A stretch of 64,000 nt of DNA from Fidelibacterota bacterium (GTDB taxonomy: Bacteria; Fidelibacterota; Marinisomatia; Marinisomatales; Marinisomataceae). Numbering within the stretch: the stretch's first letter is position 1; the number at the start of each line of letters is the position of its first letter. The position numbers and the translations under genes were made by a program. The notes under the pieces were generated by a model. It ran no database searches. It was not told the DNA's origin and was given only the letters and a program-made list of their open reading frames with translations. The DNA is taken from positions 132,566 through 196,565 of the forward strand of contig JBJKZL010000004.1 of NCBI GenBank assembly GCA_045560295.1, given 5' to 3'. Positions 37,710 to 46,016 of the stretch are shown here, piece by piece.

Positions 37710-38657
37710 CTAGTATAAAGAAATACCAAGCTGTTCTTGATAAAATTTGTAAGTTGCGTCTTCGAGAACAACCCCTACAGCACGATAAGCGTTAGCATTA
37801 TCTCTAAATCCGGAATATGGAGTTGCTACTTCAATAGCATTCATTTTACCCTGTCTCTCTTTACCATAAGCTGTTAAAGTATATCCCCCTGAAGTATATC
37901 CCCCTGAAGGAGCATTTGGATTATCTAGAGTTGGGACTACTTGGAAAGAAGAGCCATTATAAGATGCAGCAAATAAGTAATTACCAAAACTACTATATCC
38001 TCTTAGTGTTTCTGCAAATGATGCCGCAGAAATAGAAGATAAGTGGCCGATACTAGATAGAGTACTATAACCAGTATTTAGTACTTCATCGGATAAATTC
38101 AAGTCGCTCTCTGAAAGTAGATAACCAAGCTCAAATTGTTGTGTTGCATGATCATGTTCAACTAGATTTAATAATATACCTGAATCAAAGTTCGCTTCAA
38201 CAGAATCAATTGCTGTTTGCAAATAACTATGATATGTACCATATGATTGATTAGCATAACTATTACCTTGAGCACCATCCATTAAATTAGCATCGGGATC
38301 TAATTTTGTACGACTTAGATTATTATAAATGATATGTGGGAAAAGACCATTTGAGTTTGCATTGAAAAATACCGCAAATTGTTCAGCAACTTTTCTTGTA
38401 TTTACAGCACGCTCAGTATCTCCCATTCTATCTGCCATATTTGAAGGCACTAAAGTTCCATCATGTGGAACAGTAATAATTACAGGAGTATTTCCTACTC
38501 TATATTGAATGTAGCCTTGTCCATCAGATACTAAGTCACCTGGTGTATATATAACAACTGGTGTTGGTACAGTAGACTGTGTGGCTCTATTATTTTCACC
38601 ACAGCTTATTAAAAAGAGCACTAAAAAAATTATATATTTGTTAATATGTTGCGCCAT
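37710..38657 (-). CDS. Hypothetical lipoprotein, possible N-formylglutamate amidohydrolase (FGase)-family fold
   Basis: I prefer the start at M24 of the track ORF, giving MAQHINKYIIFLVLFLISC with a lipobox. The TVPHDG and SRTKLDPDAN motifs resemble the FGase PHxG / SR..D.NR pattern, but this assignment is weak. It overlaps the ggt stop by 17 nt. Confidence 0.45.
   Translation of the reverse strand: MAQHINKYIIFLVLFLISCGENNRATQSTVPTPVVIYTPGDLVSDGQGYIQYRVGNTPVIITVPHDGTLVPSNMADRMGDTERAVNTRKVAEQFAVFFNANSNGLFPHIIYNNLSRTKLDPDANLMDGAQGNSYANQSYGTYHSYLQTAIDSVEANFDSGILLNLVEHDHATQQFELGYLLSESDLNLSDEVLNTGYSTLSSIGHLSSISAASFAETLRGYSSFGNYLFAASYNGSSFQVVPTLDNPNAPSGGYTSGGYTLTAYGKERQGKMNAIEVATPYSGFRDNANAYRAVGVVLEDATYKFYQEQLGISLY
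37879..37908. repeat. Perfect 15-bp tandem duplication (gtatatccccctgaa x2), in frame
   Basis: Read directly at 37879-37893 and 37894-37908. On the minus strand it encodes SGGYT-SGGYT within the lipoprotein. Confidence 0.95.
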
Positions 38658-40428
38658 CGGTTTTATCTCCATTTCCTCTTGTATCAACTCCCGTACTGAA
38701 TTCTCCATTGTTAAAATAGATCCCATGTGCGCGAGCTAAATAATACATCCCTGATTCTACGTTTCCGTCATGTTCAAACATGTGATTAAGTTGTGTTAAT
38801 TCTTTTTTTTGTTTATCTGTTAATGCTTTGGCTTCATATCTTATGACATCTGGAAGCCATTGTGAGTGCGTTCTTGGTAAATCAATCGCTTCTTGTATAC
38901 CAAGATTATGATCTATGACACTAATGATAGTTTGTAGTACCGCAGTAATAATTCTTGATCCACCTGCAGCACCTATTGTCATCATTCTATTTCCTTCTTT
39001 ATCAATAACTAGTGAAGGAGTCATAGAGCTTAAAGGTCTCTTAGAAGGCTGAATAGAATTAGCTGAATAACCAATAAGACCATAAGTATTTTGCTGACCT
39101 GGCTTTGATGAAAAATCATCCATTTCATTATTTAATAAGAATCCTGCCCCATCCACAATTTTTTTATTTCCATAAGAATGATTAATAGTAGTAGTGATAC
39201 CTACAATATTTCCTTGTTTGTCCATCGCAGAATAATGAGTGGTTTCCATACTTTCTTTTAATGCAATCTCTCCAGCAGCAATCTCAGTACTTGGAGTAGC
39301 TTTTTCCATGGAAACTAATGACAACCTTTCTTTTGCATAATCTTTTGATGTTAGCATTGGTATTGGGTTCGGCCAAAAATCTGGATCGCCTAAGTGAATT
39401 GCTCTATCTGCATATGCAAGTCGTTGAATTTCTGTCATCATATGTACAAACTCTGTTGAGTTACGTTCCATAGATTGCAAATCATAATTTTCTAACATGT
39501 TTAGCATCTGAATTAGAAGAGCACCTCCTGAGCTAGGAGGACCCATTGAAACTATTTTACTACCTCTATAACTACCTACCACAGGATCACGATAGACAGA
39601 CTGGTAATTAGCTAAATCTTTTTTTGTGATTAGGCCATTATTTTTTTTCATTTCTGCCACAATTAAATCTGCAATCTCGCCACTATAAAATCCTAAAGCA
39701 CCATTCTGAGCAATTTTTCTTAAAGTCTTTGCTAAATCTTTTTGTACTAAAACATCACCCTCTGACCATTGGTTAAATGACCTCATTTGTTCTATATATT
39801 TATTTTCTGGTATGAGCCCATTCTTAAAGTCTGAACGTAATTTTTGCATTTCAGGTGTGAAATTTTTAACAAAAAGTTTTGATGCTGCTTCATCTTCAAG
39901 AAATAAATGTCTGTACCAATCAAATCCAAATGCAGAACTTTTATTAATTTTGTGACCATTTTCTGCATAATCTATTGCTGGAGCTAGTATTTCTTCTAAA
40001 GTAAATTTACCTGAACCATAATCAATAAATATTTTAATAAGTCCATCTACGGTCCCTGGAACGCCAGACGATTTGTGAGAAAATAAAGCAAGCTCTCTAC
40101 TATATTCATTATTTTCATCTAGAAACATTGTTTCATAAGAGTCTGCTGGAGCTTCCTCTCTAAAGTCTAATGTAAAAACTTCGCCACTCTCTGTTTGTGC
40201 GACTAAAAATCCACCACCACCAATATTACCATTGGCTGGAGATGTTACAGCTAAAGTAAAGCCAGTAGCTACAATAGCATCAAATGCATTTCCGCCTTGT
40301 TTTAAAATATCAATACCAACTTCTGATGCTAGACGAGAAGTGGAGGATATAGCACCATTTGTATTATTAGTAGTATTGTTACTACAGCTAGTTAAAAGTA
40401 CTATGATGCTGATTAGAATGTATTTCAT
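38641..40428 (-). CDS. ggt: Gamma-glutamyltransferase, lipoprotein
   Basis: 595 aa with lipobox LLTSC, the autoprocessing/catalytic Thr context ESMETTHYSAMD, and the small-subunit motif MDDFS...GQQNTYGL. Confidence 0.9.
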   Translation of the reverse strand: MKYILISIIVLLTSCSNNTTNNTNGAISSTSRLASEVGIDILKQGGNAFDAIVATGFTLAVTSPANGNIGGGGFLVAQTESGEVFTLDFREEAPADSYETMFLDENNEYSRELALFSHKSSGVPGTVDGLIKIFIDYGSGKFTLEEILAPAIDYAENGHKINKSSAFGFDWYRHLFLEDEAASKLFVKNFTPEMQKLRSDFKNGLIPENKYIEQMRSFNQWSEGDVLVQKDLAKTLRKIAQNGALGFYSGEIADLIVAEMKKNNGLITKKDLANYQSVYRDPVVGSYRGSKIVSMGPPSSGGALLIQMLNMLENYDLQSMERNSTEFVHMMTEIQRLAYADRAIHLGDPDFWPNPIPMLTSKDYAKERLSLVSMEKATPSTEIAAGEIALKESMETTHYSAMDKQGNIVGITTTINHSYGNKKIVDGAGFLLNNEMDDFSSKPGQQNTYGLIGYSANSIQPSKRPLSSMTPSLVIDKEGNRMMTIGAAGGSRIITAVLQTIISVIDHNLGIQEAIDLPRTHSQWLPDVIRYEAKALTDKQKKELTQLNHMFEHDGNVESGMYYLARAHGIYFNNGEFSTGVDTRGNGDKTDGATY

Positions 40429-40453
40429 TTTTTTAATTTTTTAGTCAATCAAA

Positions 40454-40461
40454 ATTATACA
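40454..40461 (-). promoter_or_regulatory. Extended -10 element (TGTATAAT) upstream of ggt
   Basis: The reverse complement of attataca at 40454-40461 is tgtataat. It lies about 26 nt upstream of the ggt ATG and downstream of the receptor terminator. Confidence 0.35.
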
Positions 40462-40470
40462 TTGAAGATA

Positions 40471-40508
40471 ATAAAAAGCCTCTACAAAGAATAGAGGCTT
40501 TTTATTTT
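40471..40508 (-). terminator. Intrinsic (bidirectional) terminator after the TonB-dependent receptor
   Basis: aagcctcta (40476-40484) pairs with tagaggctt (40492-40500) around a 7-nt loop. A/T runs flank it on both sides. Confidence 0.7.
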
Positions 40509-40531
40509 ATTCAGTTATAATAACGTTACTA

Positions 40532-43324
40532 TTATAGTGTCATATCTAGACGAGTATATACGTAACGTCCGTTAAATCCAAATGGACTATATCCAGAATG
40601 CTGGAATATTCCATTGAAACTATTTCTTTTAATAGTTTTATCAGGATACACATCGAACATGTTATTCACACCAAATGAAACACGAACTTGACTGTTTGCC
40701 TGGAATGAGTATTCCATGTCTGTAGTCCATTTGCCGCTTAAAACTTGTTCTCTTTCTACTGATCCTGATGGAATTGTTACTTCACCCCAACGGTTAAGTT
40801 TAACCATCCAAGTTGTAGTTGGTCTTTGAACTCTCGCTGAAAACTGGAATGCTTCCGCAGGAGATGAACTTTCAAACCTTACAGTATTAGCACGTCCTAA
40901 CAACTGGTCAGTTGTATAGTCAGCTAATGCTGCTGGAGTTACAAGATCACCTTTATTGGTAACTTCAGTATCATTAAAGTTCATAGCTGCCTTAAGAAGC
41001 AGTGAACCGTTTGAGAGGTCTTGAGTCATAGTCGCAACTATGTCTAAACCATTTGTTTCAGTATTAATTCCGTTAAAGAAGTATCTTCCACCAACTGCTG
41101 GAATTCCTCTGTCAGCAAAGAATGTTGCCATATCAGAAGTTGCACCAGAACCATTGAAGGTTTCACTCATAGTAATACGGTCATCTACTTTAATTTGATA
41201 AGCGTCTACAGATACAGTAAATGTATCATCTTTATAAGTCATACCCGCTGAAAGGTTTGTTGATGTTTCAGGCTCTAAGTCTTTTGCACCTAAAGCTCTA
41301 GCTGGCTCTGTATCAACTGGGAATGTTCCTACTTCATAAGGAATTCCATCAATAAAGTTAGTTGCAATAGATGAGAAGTAAGCTTCTTGTAAAGCTGGTG
41401 CTCTAAATCCTGTGCTAAATGAACCTCTAGCAGCTACACCGTCTTGTAACTCATATCTCATTGCAATTTTACCATTAGTTGTTTGACCAAAGTCGCTATA
41501 ATTTTCTGTTCTTAATGCAACGTTTACTAACAAGTTATCACGAACGTCAGCTTCAGCGTCAACATAAACACTAAAAGCATCTCTATCACGATCTTGCTCG
41601 TTATTAGGAGCTAGTCCTGGTAAACATTGACAACCTACTGCTGCAGAAGCACCAGCATTTGGTCCATCTAATACATCAAAACCGCCGTCAGCATAACCTG
41701 CTTCTTCACCAGCTTCAATAGTATAGTTTTCCATGCGCATTTCAGCACCCATAGCAAGACTTACTGGTCCAGCAAATCCTTCCATGTCCATTTGTGTTGT
41801 CACATCAAAGTTAACAGTTGTTTGGCTATAGCCTAATGTTCCTAGATCAAACTCAGATTGTTGTCCTGGGCCTGTACCATAAGTTGCATTATGACTATTT
41901 TGCATACCCCATTGGAAATCATTAGATCCAGTATTTACACTTAGATCATATGCATAATCTCCCATAAGTCCTTTCATTCCTACTGCCATAGATTTGTCAG
42001 ATAGGGTAGGACTAATTAAAGGTAAAAATCCATCTGGATACCATGCACGTAGAGTACGATTATCTTGTGCTCTTCTGTAATAACATCCACTTTCACCGTC
42101 ACGGCTATTGAATCCACCAAATGTGTATAAAGTACCACGTTCCATTGGGAAACTACCGTTCCACATCATACTTACTTGTTCAAAGTTACCAGCGCCAATA
42201 CGATGATTTTCTCTGTCAAATGCAGCTTCTTCTGCATCCATGCCAGCAAAGTATTGTCTTCTAGGGTCTAGTCCAGCACGGTTTGTACGACCACCGTCAC
42301 GAATTTGACCACTAACATATAGATTACCACCAAACATTTCCATACCGTTACCAGCATGAATAATTAGGTTTCTTCCATCTGTTTTGTGTACTGTTTCATT
42401 TCCTGAACGAGCCCATCCGCGAGCAGCAGTATATGGCAAGTATCCAGTACCTTCATTGTAACCTTCACCATCAAGATCCCAACCGTAAGTTGAGTCATCT
42501 TGACCATCGATCAAGCCTTCACCAGCTGCATACCCTCTGTCAAAATAAGAATCATTTCGACCGTAGGTAACGCTCATGTCTGCTCCACCTGTTTCTTTTA
42601 ATATTAAATTAATAACACCTGCGACAGCATCTGAACCGTATTTAGCTGCAGCACCATCACGCAAGACTTCAATTTTAGCAATTGCACTTGCTGGGATAGC
42701 ATTTAAGTCAACCTGAGTTGAACCACGACCAACTGAACCGTTTACGTGTACTAATGCACCTTGATGACGTCTCTTACCATTCACTAGTACTAGAGTCTGA
42801 TTTGGTGCCATACCACGTAAAGTAGCAGGTCTCATATGGTCAGAACCATCAGTAATGTAGCCTTTAGGCGCATTATAAGATGGAACTAATGCTTGTAATA
42901 AGTCATTGGTTTCAGTGAAACCAGATGCACGAATTTCAAGCTCAGTAATGACTTCTACTGGAACTGCTTGTTCGTCCACATTTCTTGCAAAACGAGATCC
43001 AAGAACTGAGACAGAATTACCAGAAACTGCACTAGATGCTAGTGAGAAGTTTGCGGTTGCAGAACCATCTACATTTACAGAAACACTTGCAGATTCATAT
43101 CCAATGTATGAAGCAGTAACAGTATATGCACCACTTGACACACCGTCGACTGAATATGATCCGTCGGCTGCTGTTGCAGCACCAGATGATGTTCCTTCAA
43201 CTGTTACATTTGCACCAAAAAGAGCATTACCTGCTCCGTCAGTCACGGTACCTGAGACTGAACCTTGTGCAAACATAAAGCTGGAAATCATGACTAGCGC
43301 TATCACATTATATAGCTTTCTCAT
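40532..43324 (-). CDS. TonB-dependent outer membrane receptor with N-terminal carboxypeptidase-regulatory-like domain
   Basis: 930 aa with signal peptide MRKLYNVIALVMISSFMFAQG. The N-domain reads GSVSGTVTDGAGNALFGANVTVEG...YTVTASYIGYES. Plug-domain motifs follow (VLVNGKRR, IEVLRDGAAAKYGSDAVAGVINLILK), then a long beta-barrel. Confidence 0.9.
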   Translation of the reverse strand: MRKLYNVIALVMISSFMFAQGSVSGTVTDGAGNALFGANVTVEGTSSGAATAADGSYSVDGVSSGAYTVTASYIGYESASVSVNVDGSATANFSLASSAVSGNSVSVLGSRFARNVDEQAVPVEVITELEIRASGFTETNDLLQALVPSYNAPKGYITDGSDHMRPATLRGMAPNQTLVLVNGKRRHQGALVHVNGSVGRGSTQVDLNAIPASAIAKIEVLRDGAAAKYGSDAVAGVINLILKETGGADMSVTYGRNDSYFDRGYAAGEGLIDGQDDSTYGWDLDGEGYNEGTGYLPYTAARGWARSGNETVHKTDGRNLIIHAGNGMEMFGGNLYVSGQIRDGGRTNRAGLDPRRQYFAGMDAEEAAFDRENHRIGAGNFEQVSMMWNGSFPMERGTLYTFGGFNSRDGESGCYYRRAQDNRTLRAWYPDGFLPLISPTLSDKSMAVGMKGLMGDYAYDLSVNTGSNDFQWGMQNSHNATYGTGPGQQSEFDLGTLGYSQTTVNFDVTTQMDMEGFAGPVSLAMGAEMRMENYTIEAGEEAGYADGGFDVLDGPNAGASAAVGCQCLPGLAPNNEQDRDRDAFSVYVDAEADVRDNLLVNVALRTENYSDFGQTTNGKIAMRYELQDGVAARGSFSTGFRAPALQEAYFSSIATNFIDGIPYEVGTFPVDTEPARALGAKDLEPETSTNLSAGMTYKDDTFTVSVDAYQIKVDDRITMSETFNGSGATSDMATFFADRGIPAVGGRYFFNGINTETNGLDIVATMTQDLSNGSLLLKAAMNFNDTEVTNKGDLVTPAALADYTTDQLLGRANTVRFESSSPAEAFQFSARVQRPTTTWMVKLNRWGEVTIPSGSVEREQVLSGKWTTDMEYSFQANSQVRVSFGVNNMFDVYPDKTIKRNSFNGIFQHSGYSPFGFNGRYVYTRLDMTL

Positions 43325-43364
43325 TGTTTTCTTCCTTTTTTTATGTACATATTAATAAAAATTT

Positions 43365-43392
43365 GGTACGTACCTCTATCTCTATAGAGGTA
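43365..43392 (-). promoter_or_regulatory. Structured element in the receptor 5' UTR: 10-bp palindrome ggtacgtacc overlapping a 9-bp stem-loop
   Basis: tacctctat (43371-43379) pairs with atagaggta (43384-43392) around a 4-nt loop. The perfect palindrome ggtacgtacc lies at 43365-43374. The element sits between the predicted promoter and the SD. Confidence 0.4.
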
Positions 43393-43412
43393 AAATTACC
43401 CTTAGTTGATGT

Positions 43413-43441
43413 AACTTATCGTAAGAGGAGGTTAATGTCAA
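43413..43441 (-). promoter_or_regulatory. Sigma-70-like promoter (TTGACA-N17-TAAGTT) for the TonB-dependent receptor
   Basis: Minus-strand TTGACA at 43441..43436, a 17-nt spacer, and TAAGTT at 43418..43413. Confidence 0.5.
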
Positions 43442-43462
43442 TCATTTAAAGGAAGTAGATTT

Positions 43463-44191
43463 TTACCTCCTACTTCTCAATTTCATCAAAAGATTTAAGA
43501 TTTCAATATAGAGCCAAATTAAAGTAATCATGAGGCCAAATGCTCCATACCATTCCATATATTTAGGAGCACCATTTTCTGCACCCTGTTCAATAAAATC
43601 AAAATCTAAAACTAGATTCATTGATGCAATTCCAATAACAAATAAAGAAAATAAAATTCCCGTGGTTCCATTCCCAAATAGTGAGCCCATAAATGAAACT
43701 CCAAAAAATGATAAAACCATGTTAAGAACATAAACGATTAGAATACCAAATGTAGCAGAAAATACCCCTAATCTAAAATTATCTGTTACTGCAATAAGCC
43801 TACTTTTATATAATAATAGTAGAGCAGTTAAGATTCCAAAAGTTAGGAAAATTGCTTGATTAGCTATTCCGGGGTACATGGCATCTACCATAGCTGATAT
43901 ACCACCAAGGACTACTCCTTCAGCAAGACAATAGAGCGGAACAGTATATGGTGCAGCTTTTTTATTAAAAATAGTAATCATTAAAAGTACAAACGTAAAT
44001 ATGGTAATTGGCCAAAATAGCATTAAGGCTGTTGCTGGGTTATTCCAACTATAAATCGCAGTTGTCATCAATAAAAGTAATCCAAGAGCGGTTTTATTTA
44101 CCGTACCATCGATTGTCATTGCCTCCGAACCAGAAAAACGTCCAGTGTTTCTAAAAGTATTATTATTTAATGCTGGATTAGCAGACCTCAT
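43463..44191 (-). CDS. Bax inhibitor-1/YccA-like integral membrane protein
   Basis: 242 aa with the N-terminus MRSANPAL...F typical of this family, followed by about 7 TM helices. Confidence 0.7.
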   Translation of the reverse strand: MRSANPALNNNTFRNTGRFSGSEAMTIDGTVNKTALGLLLLMTTAIYSWNNPATALMLFWPITIFTFVLLMITIFNKKAAPYTVPLYCLAEGVVLGGISAMVDAMYPGIANQAIFLTFGILTALLLLYKSRLIAVTDNFRLGVFSATFGILIVYVLNMVLSFFGVSFMGSLFGNGTTGILFSLFVIGIASMNLVLDFDFIEQGAENGAPKYMEWYGAFGLMITLIWLYIEILNLLMKLRSRR

Positions 44192-44200
44192 TTAATTCTC

Positions 44201-45640
44201 CTATTTGTTATCTTCAATAAATGAAGAAATTTTATCAATAGATATGCGAGTTTGCTTCATAGAGTCTCTTTCACGTATCGTAACTGAATTATCTTCTAGT
44301 GTTTGATGATCAAGCGTAATTCCAAATGGAGTACCAGCTTCATCTTGTCTATAATAGCGCTTTCCAATAGAGCCTTGCTCATCATAAATACAAGAAAATT
44401 CTTGATTTAATGTTTTAAATACAGACATTGCTTTTTCAGGTAAACCATCCTTTTTTACCAAAGGACATATAACTGCTTTAATAGGAGCCAATTCATAAGG
44501 AAGTTGTAATACAACCCTATTATTGTCTGTATCTTCAAAATAAGCCTCACATAGCACCATTAAAAAAAGTCTGTTTAAACCAGTAGATGTTTCAATAATG
44601 TATGGATGGTATTTGTCTTGAGCTTTTGTATCAAAGTAAGTCATATTTTTACCCGATAGGTTTTCATGTTGCTTGAGATCAAAGTCTGTTCTATTGTGGA
44701 TTCCTTCGACTTCACCCCAACCAAATGGAAAATTATATTCAATATCATATGCATCTTTAGCATAGTGAGCTAAGGCATCTTTGGAGTGTTGATGGAATTT
44801 TAAGTTTTCAGCATTAATTCCCAGATGGTTTAAGTAAAAGTCTAATCTTTTTTCTTTCCAAAGGTCCATACTTTCAACGTCTTTTGATGGATGAACAAAG
44901 TATTGCATTTCCATTTGTTCAAACTCTCTTGTTCTAAATATAAAGTTTCTTGCTACAATCTCATTACGAAAAGCTTTTCCAATTTGAGCAATACCAAATG
45001 GTACTTTGAGTCGCATAGTATTTTGAACTAATAAGTAATTAATAAACATTCCTTGAGCGGTTTCTGGTCTAAGGTAAATATGCTTTCCTGTTTTTTCGGA
45101 AGGACCAGAATCCGTCTTAAACATTAAGTTAAATTGTACAGCCGGAGTCCATTTTCCAATTGCACCAGAAAATGGATCAATAACACCCGCTTCTTGTAAC
45201 ACATTATCAGATTTGGATCCATCTGATAATAAAGTATGCGCTATATCATTATAGATATCATCATTATTGGTACTATCCATTTTTAATGCAACACATATAG
45301 CATCAATGACTTTTGATTTTTGTTGAGATAGAAGATCATCAATACGATATCTTTTTTTATTATCTTTATTATCCGTCATAGGGTCATTGAAATTGGCAAT
45401 ATGGCCACTAGCTTCCCAAACGTCGGGATGTACCATAATTGCACTATCAAGCCCAACAATATTTTGATGGGATTGTGTCATCTCTTTCCACCATAATTCT
45501 GAGATTGACTTTTTAAGCTCTACTCCCAAAGGACCATAGTCATAGGAGGCTTTAAGACCTCCATAGATTTCAGAGTTTGGAAAAACAAACCCTTTTCTTT
45601 TGCAAAGTGAAATAATTTTATCTAAATGCTGTTTTTTCAT
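44201..45640 (-). CDS. glyQS: Glycyl-tRNA synthetase, dimeric (alpha2) type
   Basis: 479 aa with class II motifs (YLRPETAQGMF, GKAFRNEI, GTPFGITLD) and a C-terminal anticodon-binding domain. Confidence 0.93.
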   Translation of the reverse strand: MKKQHLDKIISLCKRKGFVFPNSEIYGGLKASYDYGPLGVELKKSISELWWKEMTQSHQNIVGLDSAIMVHPDVWEASGHIANFNDPMTDNKDNKKRYRIDDLLSQQKSKVIDAICVALKMDSTNNDDIYNDIAHTLLSDGSKSDNVLQEAGVIDPFSGAIGKWTPAVQFNLMFKTDSGPSEKTGKHIYLRPETAQGMFINYLLVQNTMRLKVPFGIAQIGKAFRNEIVARNFIFRTREFEQMEMQYFVHPSKDVESMDLWKEKRLDFYLNHLGINAENLKFHQHSKDALAHYAKDAYDIEYNFPFGWGEVEGIHNRTDFDLKQHENLSGKNMTYFDTKAQDKYHPYIIETSTGLNRLFLMVLCEAYFEDTDNNRVVLQLPYELAPIKAVICPLVKKDGLPEKAMSVFKTLNQEFSCIYDEQGSIGKRYYRQDEAGTPFGITLDHQTLEDNSVTIRERDSMKQTRISIDKISSFIEDNK

Positions 45641-45662
45641 TTTAACAATTTAGTTATAGTAG

Positions 45663-46016
45663 TTAAGAAAATAAATACTTGTACAATATTATTAATCCAA
45701 GTAATCCAAACAATAATGGAGCAATGAATACTAAGATATCAAAACCTTTCTTTGGAGGATCTGCCAAAATAAATAAACCATACTTTTCTACGTAGAAATC
45801 TTTTATTTCTTGATCACTCATTCCTTTTATGACCATTTTTTTAATCTCTTCGCGCATCTCCACAGCTACATTTGCTTGAGACTGCTCCAATGTTAATCCA
45901 TCACATATTGGACACATCAATTGGCGATTTAAAGAATATAGGCGATCTTCTAATGTTGATTGGAAACTAAAAAGAAAGGTAAAGGTACATAGGACTAAAA
46001 AAACTTTTTTTATCAT
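45663..46016 (-). CDS. ccmH: Cytochrome c-type biogenesis protein CcmH/NrfF family
   Basis: 117 aa with a signal peptide, the CPIC motif in LMCPICDGLTLEQSQANVAVEMREEI, SDQEIKDFYVEKYG, and a C-terminal TM helix. Confidence 0.8.
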   Translation of the reverse strand: MIKKVFLVLCTFTFLFSFQSTLEDRLYSLNRQLMCPICDGLTLEQSQANVAVEMREEIKKMVIKGMSDQEIKDFYVEKYGLFILADPPKKGFDILVFIAPLLFGLLGLIILYKYLFS

